Assembly: GCA_964353335.1 (NCBI GenBank) | Contig: CAYGVI010000003.1 | Location: forward strand, 205,694 to 229,693 | Reading direction: 5' to 3' | Source: an uncultured Methanosarcinales archaeon | GTDB lineage: Archaea > Nanobdellota > Nanobdellia > Woesearchaeales > ARS49 | Length of the DNA stretch: 24,000 nucleotides | Part shown: piece after piece, positions 14,448-21,186 of the stretch | Numbering within the stretch: position 1 is the first letter of the stretch | How the letters are laid out: the number at the start of each line of letters is the position of its first letter | Program-made: the position numbers and the translations under genes | The notes under the pieces: generated by a model | Databases searched by the model: none | What the model saw: only the letters and a program-made list of their open reading frames with translations | What the model was told of the DNA's origin: nothing

Positions 14448-15494
14448 GTGGGGCGCTATATCGTCGATGAAAGGGTAAAGTTTCCGAAAGGTCTCCAAAG
14501 AAAGCTTCTTGAAAGCATAAAAGACGAGCATAATTTAACTTGGAAAGAATTTGCGGCAAGACTGGGAATTTCTGAAGGAATGCTTAGCATTGATTGGAGG
14601 CTTGAGCGGTGCACTCTTCCAAAATCGCGGATGAAACTGCTTGCTAAAATGAGTGAGAAACCTGCTGTTCGAAGAATAATTGATATGGGAAAAATTCTGC
14701 CACGCTGCTGGGGGCAAACGAAAGGCGCGATAAAAGCTTGCAAGACAATGAATATTGATCGCGTACTCACCATCACCCAAGGGATTGAGAAAACCCCCTC
14801 ATTTGCTGAATTGGTAGGCATCATTTTAGGCGATGGCCACCTTCACGAAAAGGGAATGGAAATAACTCTGAACATCTATAAAGAGGTGGGTTATGCAGCA
14901 CACGTAGCAGAACTCATCAAGACTTTATTTGGCAAAGAACCTAGAATTAGACACACACATTCAACCATACGCGTCATCTTGAATTCAAAACTGGTGGTGA
15001 AAGCTCTGAAAGAAATAGGATTGAAAACAGGCAGAAAAGGAGATCATACACGCATCCCAGAACTGTTTTGGACGGATAAAACTCTCCTCAGCCGGTGCGT
15101 ACGCGGATTAATCGACACAGACGGAGGAATCCATAAAAAAGAGCGGTTTGGAAAACGGCACATTATTGAATTCAAGAATATGTCACAGCCATTGCTTGAC
15201 GACGTTAGAAACGCGCTTGCCCTGCTCGGTTTTCAGGTCTCGCTTGGCGGACCCCATGCAATTAGGGTGCAGCATCAGAGTGAGATTAAAAAATACCTAC
15301 TCAACATAGGCACTTCAAACGGCAAAAATACCGAAATAATTGGTGAAATTTTCGCGCCAGTAGTCCAGCGGCAGGATACGAGCTTCCCAAGACCTCAAAA
15401 AAAGGTCGGTAAGAGCTTGGGACCCGGGTTCAAATCCCGGCTGGCGCATCCGCTAATTCAAGATAAAAAAATAGAACAAAATCATTCTTTTTAG
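14448..15494 (+). CDS. HTH plus double-motif LAGLIDADG endonuclease-like protein; the ORF reads through the tRNA-Gly gene
   Basis: The N-terminal HTH is LTWKEFAARLGISEGMLS. The two LAGLIDADG motifs are LVGIILGDGHL and VRGLIDTDGGI. The recognisable domain ends near 15350. The last ~47 codons are the translation of the tRNA gene and its trailer, because no stop codon intervenes. Confidence 0.75.
   Translation: MGRYIVDERVKFPKGLQRKLLESIKDEHNLTWKEFAARLGISEGMLSIDWRLERCTLPKSRMKLLAKMSEKPAVRRIIDMGKILPRCWGQTKGAIKACKTMNIDRVLTITQGIEKTPSFAELVGIILGDGHLHEKGMEITLNIYKEVGYAAHVAELIKTLFGKEPRIRHTHSTIRVILNSKLVVKALKEIGLKTGRKGDHTRIPELFWTDKTLLSRCVRGLIDTDGGIHKKERFGKRHIIEFKNMSQPLLDDVRNALALLGFQVSLGGPHAIRVQHQSEIKKYLLNIGTSNGKNTEIIGEIFAPVVQRQDTSFPRPQKKVGKSLGPGFKSRLAHPLIQDKKIEQNHSF
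15324..15330 (+). promoter_or_regulatory. TATA-like box for tRNA-Gly, located inside the LAGLIDADG ORF
   Basis: aaaaata ends 24 nt upstream of tRNA position 1. Confidence 0.4.
15354..15448 (+). tRNA. tRNA-Gly(CCC) with a 24-nt intron at 37/38 (about 15390-15413)
   Basis: Hand-folded. Acceptor GCGCCAG/CTGGCGC with discriminator A. D arm GTCC AGCGGCA GGAT. Anticodon stem CGAGC/GCTTG (one G-U pair) with loop TT-CCC-A|intron|A. T arm CCGGG TTCAAAT CCCGG. The intron contains the hairpin GACCT-caaaaaa-AGGTC. Confidence 0.8.
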
Positions 15495-15781
15495 GCAGCT
15501 TCTGCAGGAGCTTCTTCTCCTTCTTCGCCCGAATAGCTTGGTACAGCCGCCTTGGAGATTATCATTATGTCGCCCATTGCCTTTACGAGCTGGTGCGGAA
15601 CGACAACTCCCTTTGCGCTTCCAAGAACCTTGCTCAGGAACGAATTCTTTGTTGCCCTGACCCGCCATCCATAAACCTTGCTTTGCGTTAAAAGCGCCTC
15701 TTCAATATCCCCAAAATAATCGCCAGTGTCAGTGAAAACTTTCATGTCGAATGTGTCCGAGATTTTCTTCATCTTAAGCAT
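15491..15781 (-). CDS. PRC-barrel domain protein (96 aa)
   Basis: The pattern is MKVFTDTGDYFGDIEEALL...VYGWRV...VVVPHQLVKAMGDIMIISK with an acidic tail. A GGAGG SD lies 8 nt upstream of the ATG. Confidence 0.65.
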   Translation of the reverse strand: MLKMKKISDTFDMKVFTDTGDYFGDIEEALLTQSKVYGWRVRATKNSFLSKVLGSAKGVVVPHQLVKAMGDIMIISKAAVPSYSGEEGEEAPAEAA

Positions 15782-15867
15782 GTGTTATCCTCCCTCTTGA
15801 GCAGTAGTGTCATTCAGAGCGCCACAGCTATATAAATTTTGTGTTGGCTATAGAGGAATGTTTATTA

Positions 15868-16215
15868 ATGGCAGAAAACAACACAGGGAATATGGCAGGA
15901 ACAACCACACGTCGCAGGCCATTGGTGACTACAAAAAGAACCATGATAAGTGAGATATTAAAAGGCCTGAAAGACCTCAAGTTTCTTCTTGAAAAGACAA
16001 ACGACGTGAAATCCGATGATATTGAACTGTATTCGGAGACAATTAAGACCTTCAGCGTGGAAAGGATTAGGGCAACAGATACTGAGCTTACAAGGATTTC
16101 AGGAGTTCTAAAAACTGTCAAAAGATGGACAAATGACAGTGACGTACAGGTCTTGGCAGACTACCTTCTGGACCTCATAACAACCACAAAGCGGCAGTTT
16201 AATTATGAAGAGTAG
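15868..16215 (+). CDS. Hypothetical protein (115 aa from the ATG at 15868)
   Basis: The TATA box tatataaa at 15829-15836 makes the GTG at 15841 in the ORF track implausible, so the first ATG downstream was used. No recognisable domain. Confidence 0.45.
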   Translation: MAENNTGNMAGTTTRRRPLVTTKRTMISEILKGLKDLKFLLEKTNDVKSDDIELYSETIKTFSVERIRATDTELTRISGVLKTVKRWTNDSDVQVLADYLLDLITTTKRQFNYEE

Positions 16216-16216
16216 G

Positions 16217-16225
16217 TTATATAAA
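16217..16225 (+). promoter_or_regulatory. TATA box 22 nt upstream of the ATG at 16247
   Basis: ttatataaa. This supports the internal ATG rather than 16205 as the TraB start. Confidence 0.55.
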
Positions 16226-16246
16226 CCGCGCAATTCTCAAAAGACC

Positions 16247-16951
16247 ATGCATTACCGCAACCTTACGCTGATTGGAACGTCTCACATTGCAGCAGAGAGC
16301 GTTACTGCTGTGACAAACATAATTCTGAAAGAGCAGCCGGCAATTGTGGCTTTGGAGCTTGACAGGAAGCGCTTGCCTGCATTGCTCCACCCGCAAAAGG
16401 CAAAAACAAGCTGGAAGGACATAAAGCGCATTGGCTTCAAGGGATGGCTTTTCAGCATTATCGGCGCCTGGGTTGAAAAAAAGCTTGGCGAAAAGGTCGG
16501 AATGAAGCCTGGAGCAGAGATGCTGCAGGCGATAAAAGCCGCAAAAGCAGTAAAGGCAGACATTGCGCTTGTTGACCAGGACATTGAAATCACCCTAAAA
16601 CGCTTCTCACAGACAATGACCTGGAAGGAAAAATGGCGCCTGTTCATAGACGTAATCAAGGGCATCATCTTCAGGAAAAGCGAGTTCAGTTTTGACCTGA
16701 GCACTGTTCCAAGCCAGAAATTAATCGCGAAAATGATTAAGGAGGTGCAGAAGCGCTACCCGAACATCTACAAAGTGCTTGTCACAGAAAGAAACGAGGT
16801 TATGGCAAAAAACCTCGCTTACCTGATGAACAACAACCCTGACAAGAAAATAGTCGCAATAGTCGGCGCAGGCCACGAAAAGGAGCTTATGCAATTAATC
16901 AAGGATGAGATGCGGGTAACACTTTCTTATAGTTTCCAAGTTGCTGAATGA
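16247..16951 (+). CDS. TraB/PrgY/GumN family protein
   Basis: LTLIGTSHIAAESV...PAIVALELDRKR...GAEM...VTERNEVMAKNL...IVAIVGAGHEKEL match the TraB-family signature blocks. The ORF track begins at 16205. Confidence 0.8.
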   Translation: MHYRNLTLIGTSHIAAESVTAVTNIILKEQPAIVALELDRKRLPALLHPQKAKTSWKDIKRIGFKGWLFSIIGAWVEKKLGEKVGMKPGAEMLQAIKAAKAVKADIALVDQDIEITLKRFSQTMTWKEKWRLFIDVIKGIIFRKSEFSFDLSTVPSQKLIAKMIKEVQKRYPNIYKVLVTERNEVMAKNLAYLMNNNPDKKIVAIVGAGHEKELMQLIKDEMRVTLSYSFQVAE

Positions 16952-17035
16952 GGCGAGGAGCAAACGGAGCGTAGCGGAGTGCAGCTACGAGCCGAATTCG
17001 CAATGAGTGTCTCTACGCCGCAGCCACCAGAATGA

Positions 17036-17043
17036 TTTATATA
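17036..17043 (+). promoter_or_regulatory. TATA box 23 nt upstream of the ATG at 17066
   Basis: tttatata at leaderless spacing. Confidence 0.55.
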
Positions 17044-17065
17044 CTCAAATTAATGAGTTTGGCGC

Positions 17066-17797
17066 ATGAGCTGGGCGAACTATAAGGACAAGGTTAAGAG
17101 ATACTTTCCTTTCTCAAGAACAGAGTGGAACAACTTCATCATCCTCGTCCTTGCTTTCGCGTTCATATGGTCTTTCACGCAATGGGGCGCGGCAAATTTT
17201 GACTTTGGCTCAGGCCTGAAGAACTTTATTTTCTCTGCTATAATGATTGCTGTTATTGTTTTCATCCACCACGCAGCCCAAAGGCTGTACGGACTTTTCT
17301 TTGGCTACCGCATTGAGCACAAGATATGGTGGGCAGGACTGCTTGCCTGCGTGCTCGGCGTCCTGCTTTCAAACGGCAAAGTCATCATCCTGGCTGCAAG
17401 CGCAATGCAGGCGCACTTCCTGGCGCATCACCGCATTGGCGAGTGGCGCTATGGTGCAAGCATTTTCCAGATGGGGCTTGTTGCGTTCTCAGGCCCGATA
17501 GCGTCTGTCGTAATCGCTTTCATTTTGCAGCTTATCGCACCTGTGTTTTTCGCAGGGATGTTTGAGTTCAGCCTTTTGTTCGCGCTGTACTGCATCATCC
17601 CGATTCCGCCTTTGGACGGCGTGCATGTCTTTGCAGCCTCAAGGATTTACGGGTTTGTGTTTATTTTCACTCTGTTTGCCCTGCTCGCGTTCCTTTTGCT
17701 GTATTTTGTCGCGCAGCTGGGCATGATATGGAGCGTCATCCTCGCGCTGGTAATCGGCTTTTTGTGCTGGCTCGCGTTTGACTACATGGTGGGATAA
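17066..17797 (+). CDS. Polytopic membrane protein, site-2-protease (M50)-like, with a degenerate HExxH
   Basis: Multiple hydrophobic helices. IIPIPPLDGVHVF matches the M50 NxxPxxPLDG motif. The position expected for HExxH reads IHHAAQRL. Confidence 0.55.
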   Translation: MSWANYKDKVKRYFPFSRTEWNNFIILVLAFAFIWSFTQWGAANFDFGSGLKNFIFSAIMIAVIVFIHHAAQRLYGLFFGYRIEHKIWWAGLLACVLGVLLSNGKVIILAASAMQAHFLAHHRIGEWRYGASIFQMGLVAFSGPIASVVIAFILQLIAPVFFAGMFEFSLLFALYCIIPIPPLDGVHVFAASRIYGFVFIFTLFALLAFLLLYFVAQLGMIWSVILALVIGFLCWLAFDYMVG

Positions 17798-18135
17798 TGG
17801 ACAAAAAAGCGCAGTGGGAATGGGAAAGTTTCTGGCTTGAATACGTTGCAGGCGCATTGCTGATAATTGCGTTCTACCTTTCTGCAAGGGGCGCTTATGT
17901 TGGAGTCACTTACGCTGTTGCTTTCATCATTGGCGCAATTCTCGGAAAGTTCTGGTATGACAAGATAAGGCGCCACAGGAACACGCTTTATATCACGGTC
18001 CTGACTCTTGCGGTTATGCTTGGGATAATAATAGGCAGCATTGGCACAGACAGGAGGATAATAGTGGTCCTTTACGTAATCGGCCTGCTCCTAAGCTATG
18101 TTATCCACAAGGAGAAGTGGATCAGGAGCGCTTGA
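17797..18135 (+). CDS. Small membrane protein (112 aa, 3-4 predicted TM helices)
   Basis: A TAATG overlap joins it to the upstream gene. It has hydrophobic segments with flanking basic residues. Confidence 0.5.
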   Translation: MDKKAQWEWESFWLEYVAGALLIIAFYLSARGAYVGVTYAVAFIIGAILGKFWYDKIRRHRNTLYITVLTLAVMLGIIIGSIGTDRRIIVVLYVIGLLLSYVIHKEKWIRSA

Positions 18136-18696
18136 TTTTAACAAAGAAACTGTTTTTTCAATATTATCTGATTCTTTCAAATAAATAATGTTGCGGTGCC
18201 CTTTGTATTCAGCATAGGCGCTGCACGCAGCCCTGCAGTAATCAATGTTTTCCTCTTTCCATTTTTTTGGCTCTGACTGCCATCTTTTTCCAAGCCGGTC
18301 TTTCACTGTTGAGAAAGGCGGGTTGAGGACAATTGCGTTTGGGCTTCGCACTTTCCCGGGAAAAGCGAAAAGCGCATAATTTTTCTGGTCTTCCAGCTGT
18401 TTTTCATTAATCCACCCAAGGGAAAAATATGCTTCTGCGTAAGCAAGTGCGTCATAAATGCACCTGTTTGCCAGCACAATCCTGCCAGGGCTGTTCTCTG
18501 CGATTTCAAGCGCCTCAAAGTTCTCAATTGACCGCTGGCAGATTTTCATTGTAATCCTTTCCAGCGGGCTTGTGTGGAATACGGGTGTTTTTGTTTTCAG
18601 TTCAGGAACCAATATCTCAGGGCAGGCTTCCTGCAGTTTTTTGACAAGGGTTGTTTTTCCTGCGCCGTGAGGGCCTGAAATGAAAAAAAGGCTCAT
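18091..18696 (-). CDS. P-loop nucleoside/nucleotide-kinase-like protein
   Basis: Walker A is at the extreme N-terminus (FISGPHGAGKTTL). ANRCIYDALAYAEAYF resembles the dNK-family (D/E)RS..sd..f block. Its 3' end overlaps the convergent ORF 17797-18135 by 45 nt. Confidence 0.6.
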   Translation of the reverse strand: MSLFFISGPHGAGKTTLVKKLQEACPEILVPELKTKTPVFHTSPLERITMKICQRSIENFEALEIAENSPGRIVLANRCIYDALAYAEAYFSLGWINEKQLEDQKNYALFAFPGKVRSPNAIVLNPPFSTVKDRLGKRWQSEPKKWKEENIDYCRAACSAYAEYKGHRNIIYLKESDNIEKTVSLLKSSAPDPLLLVDNIA

Positions 18697-19670
18697 TTTG
18701 TCTCCACAGTTTCTTTTTCCTCCATCTTCAGCAGCGTTGACATAAGCGCCTTGCTGAGCCGCTTTGGAGCTTTTCCGCTGACAAAGTCATACTTTCTCTG
18801 GCTTGTTGGGAAAAGCCCCATCCTCCAGCCCCCTTTGACAGGCGCATTGTGGCTCAGGAACGCTGACATTTTTGCAAGGTCAACCATTCCTGCGACTATC
18901 TGCTTTTCAGAATCCTTTTCAAACGAATGAAATCCAGGGACATAGCCTGCATATTCGATTTCAAGCTGCCTTTGTATGTCATCCTTTCCCGCCAGGTGCG
19001 CACGGGTTATGGTAAATGAATAAATCCTGCCGTCATAATTGTCAAGGATGAATGCGTCGCCTTTTTCCTTGCGGATGTTTCCTGCATAATCCCCTCCGCC
19101 CCTGTGGACTTCAGACACTTTTTTCAAAATGTCTTCCATTGTCGCAGGATATCGCTTTTCTGTCCTCTTTATGACAAGCTGCTCATGCGGAACCCCTGTC
19201 TTTAACTGCAATGGCTGGCTTTTTTCCTTTAGGTATGTCTTGCCCATTTTTTCTATTACTACAAGGCGCTCCTCAATGCCTGAGCCAAAGAAATGGTTTG
19301 TGCCCTCTGCAATAGAATCAACAGGGTCTTTCAGGAACCTTGCGTTTCCAACTGCGGGAAAGTCAAACGCTGCAAGATAGTCTGCGATTGACGGCTCTTT
19401 TGCCCCTTGTTTTTCAGCCACAGGCCTTATGTCCAGCTTTACCTCATACTCGATGTCAGAAAATTCCTTTGGCGCTTCTTTTATTCCCTTGTGCCCAAGC
19501 ACCACCTGGATAAATCCCGCCCTGTTTGCCTCAAAAAATGTACGGTATGCGGCAACTATTTTCTCAGTGTTCTGGCTTCTGAAAAATTCAGTCAGCCCCT
19601 CACTCACCCCTGATTTCCATGCAGGCACACTGCATTCCGAATACCTCGAACTGTCATAACATCCTCCCAT
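18693..19670 (-). CDS. CYTH/triphosphate-tunnel-metalloenzyme (TTM)-like protein (325 aa)
   Basis: An ExExK signature is at residues 74-78 (DIEYEVKLD). Later charged beta-strand patterns are IKRTEKRY (compare RVEKTRY in characterised CYTH enzymes), IRKEKGDAFILDNYDG and LEIEYAGY. It overlaps the downstream kinase-like gene by 4 nt. Confidence 0.5.
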   Translation of the reverse strand: MGGCYDSSRYSECSVPAWKSGVSEGLTEFFRSQNTEKIVAAYRTFFEANRAGFIQVVLGHKGIKEAPKEFSDIEYEVKLDIRPVAEKQGAKEPSIADYLAAFDFPAVGNARFLKDPVDSIAEGTNHFFGSGIEERLVVIEKMGKTYLKEKSQPLQLKTGVPHEQLVIKRTEKRYPATMEDILKKVSEVHRGGGDYAGNIRKEKGDAFILDNYDGRIYSFTITRAHLAGKDDIQRQLEIEYAGYVPGFHSFEKDSEKQIVAGMVDLAKMSAFLSHNAPVKGGWRMGLFPTSQRKYDFVSGKAPKRLSKALMSTLLKMEEKETVETK

Positions 19671-19673
19671 TTT

Positions 19674-20225
19674 TCATCCCTCCTTGTGTTGTTGAATTAT
19701 CCAATCTATGTGCATCGCCCTTTCTTCGGGCGTCTCAACAGGAACGTGCATTGGTTTGTATCCGAATTTATTGTATGCCTTGATTATTTCCTGGTGGATT
19801 TGCTGGGCCTGCTCAGGTGTTTCGCGGCGCTGCGCATCATTTCTGAAAGGCAGTGGCTCGAGAAGGAACACAAGGTCATACCTGTTCCAGCAGTCAAGAT
19901 GCGTGCTGTGAAAGGCGTTGTCAAGTTTGTCAACATCATACACCCTGCAATATGCAAGGTTGTCAATCAAGCCCCTGTCAAGTATAACTTCAGGAATGTC
20001 TTTTATCTGGTATTCAAGTGCTTCCTGCCTGACAAAAAGTTTTGTCTGGAACATATTTTTGCTGTTCCACGGAAGGTCGCCGTGCTCTTTTGCCTCTTCT
20101 TCGCGTATCAGCTTTCTTGCCATTTCAGGCATGACAATGTAGCCAAGCCCGAGAAGCTCCTTGCACGTTGCTGTTTTTCCGCTGCACGATGTTCCGGTGA
20201 TGATGTATCTTTTTGTGTCCCTCAT
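19674..20225 (-). CDS. AAA_28/NadR-type P-loop ATPase (kinase-like)
   Basis: YIITGTSCSGKT, LGYIVMPEMARKLI, LPW, ILDRGLIDNLAYCRVY, YDLVFLLEPLPF..DAQRRE and GY....VP follow the AAA_28 block order. The start is taken at the first ATG (20225). The ORF track extends to a TTG at 20270. Confidence 0.7.
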   Translation of the reverse strand: MRDTKRYIITGTSCSGKTATCKELLGLGYIVMPEMARKLIREEEAKEHGDLPWNSKNMFQTKLFVRQEALEYQIKDIPEVILDRGLIDNLAYCRVYDVDKLDNAFHSTHLDCWNRYDLVFLLEPLPFRNDAQRRETPEQAQQIHQEIIKAYNKFGYKPMHVPVETPEERAMHIDWIIQQHKEG

Positions 20226-20291
20226 AGAAATGTATATATACTTGTAGAAAATATCCTTTTTACTGTACAAAAAATAGGCAGAGTGTTGTAT

Positions 20292-21122
20292 ATGCTAAAC
20301 AAACAGACAACAGATGAGATAATTGACCTGATAAGGCAGAAGCCGAGGGCCGTGCAGGAGGTTGCTTTTTCAATAAAGAAAAACTGGCGTACAGCAGACA
20401 GGTACATAGACATAATTGCAAAGGAAACAGGGCTGATAGCAACAAGGACTTTCAGGGAAGGAAGCAGGGGCGCGCTGAAAGTCGTTTACTGGAACGCCCT
20501 TGACCGCGCAAAAGGAAGCGCATACCAGGAATTATTATTGCAAAGGATTATCCACGGCAAAAAGAAGGAGGACTTTTCCCCTTTTGACATCTACCAGTTT
20601 GCAAGCCCTGACAAAAGGGAATCATACCTTGAATACAAGGAATTCTCAACCCACCCGCAAACCCGCTATGACAAGCTTCTTGAAGGCGCAAAACAGCAGT
20701 TATTGCTTTTCTCAGGAAACCTTTCCTGGATGGAGCTCGGGCCAAACACAAAGCAAATCCTTGAAAGCCTCGCAAGGAAAAAAGTCAGCATAAAAGTCAT
20801 CACAAGGGTTGATGTCACGTCATTGAAAAACACAAATGCAATCCTTGACATCAACAAGCGCGTTGGCTGGGATGCTGTTGAAGTAAGGCACTGCGAGCAG
20901 CCATTAAGGGCTGTAATAGTTGATGATTCATTGGTGAGCATAAAGGAAGTTCTTTCCCCTCAACACCACCGCGAACTCAAGAAAAAAACATTCATTTTCT
21001 ACAAAATTAAGGACATTGAGTGGATTAACTGGATGCAAAAGGCATTCTGGCACTTGTGGGGCCAGAGCATTGACGCCCAGACGAGGCTTGAAGCCCTGAA
21101 GACACTGCAGCCCATAGGATAA
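20292..21122 (+). CDS. wHTH regulator with a PLD-like C-terminal domain (TrmB-family-like)
   Basis: This is the in-frame ATG inside the 478-aa track ORF, whose first 202 codons are antisense to the ATPase gene. The N-terminus IIDLIRQKPRAVQEVAFSIKKNWRTADRYIDIIAKETGLI looks like a wHTH. The C-terminal half has a PLD-like pattern lacking the HxK catalytic motif (RHCEQPLRAVIVDD). Confidence 0.5.
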   Translation: MLNKQTTDEIIDLIRQKPRAVQEVAFSIKKNWRTADRYIDIIAKETGLIATRTFREGSRGALKVVYWNALDRAKGSAYQELLLQRIIHGKKKEDFSPFDIYQFASPDKRESYLEYKEFSTHPQTRYDKLLEGAKQQLLLFSGNLSWMELGPNTKQILESLARKKVSIKVITRVDVTSLKNTNAILDINKRVGWDAVEVRHCEQPLRAVIVDDSLVSIKEVLSPQHHRELKKKTFIFYKIKDIEWINWMQKAFWHLWGQSIDAQTRLEALKTLQPIG

Positions 21123-21157
21123 AACCCACTGGACACCTTTCAGCGCCTACGTAAGCC

Positions 21158-21164
21158 TTTTAAA
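21158..21164 (+). promoter_or_regulatory. TATA-like box 23 nt upstream of the ATG at 21187
   Basis: ttttaaa. This supports ATG 21187 over TTG 21166 as the Hef start. Confidence 0.5.
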
Positions 21165-21186
21165 CTTGGCTTTCTGGGATTTTCCC

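Noticed and set aside
15858-15950. An alternative short ORF from the ATG at 15858, closer to the TATA box at 15829-15836
   Set aside because: It is only about 30 codons long, out of frame with the long ORF, and has no distinguishing features. The 15868 start was retained with low confidence.
16952-17035. A possible small RNA between the TraB gene and the M50-like gene
   Set aside because: It has only a 6-bp hairpin (CGTAGC-ggagtgca-GCTACG) and no C/D-box or tRNA features, which is insufficient evidence.
19686-20291. The first 202 codons of the 478-aa plus-strand ORF
   Set aside because: This part runs antisense through the AAA_28 ATPase gene and has no domain content. The recognisable wHTH protein begins at the in-frame ATG at 20292.
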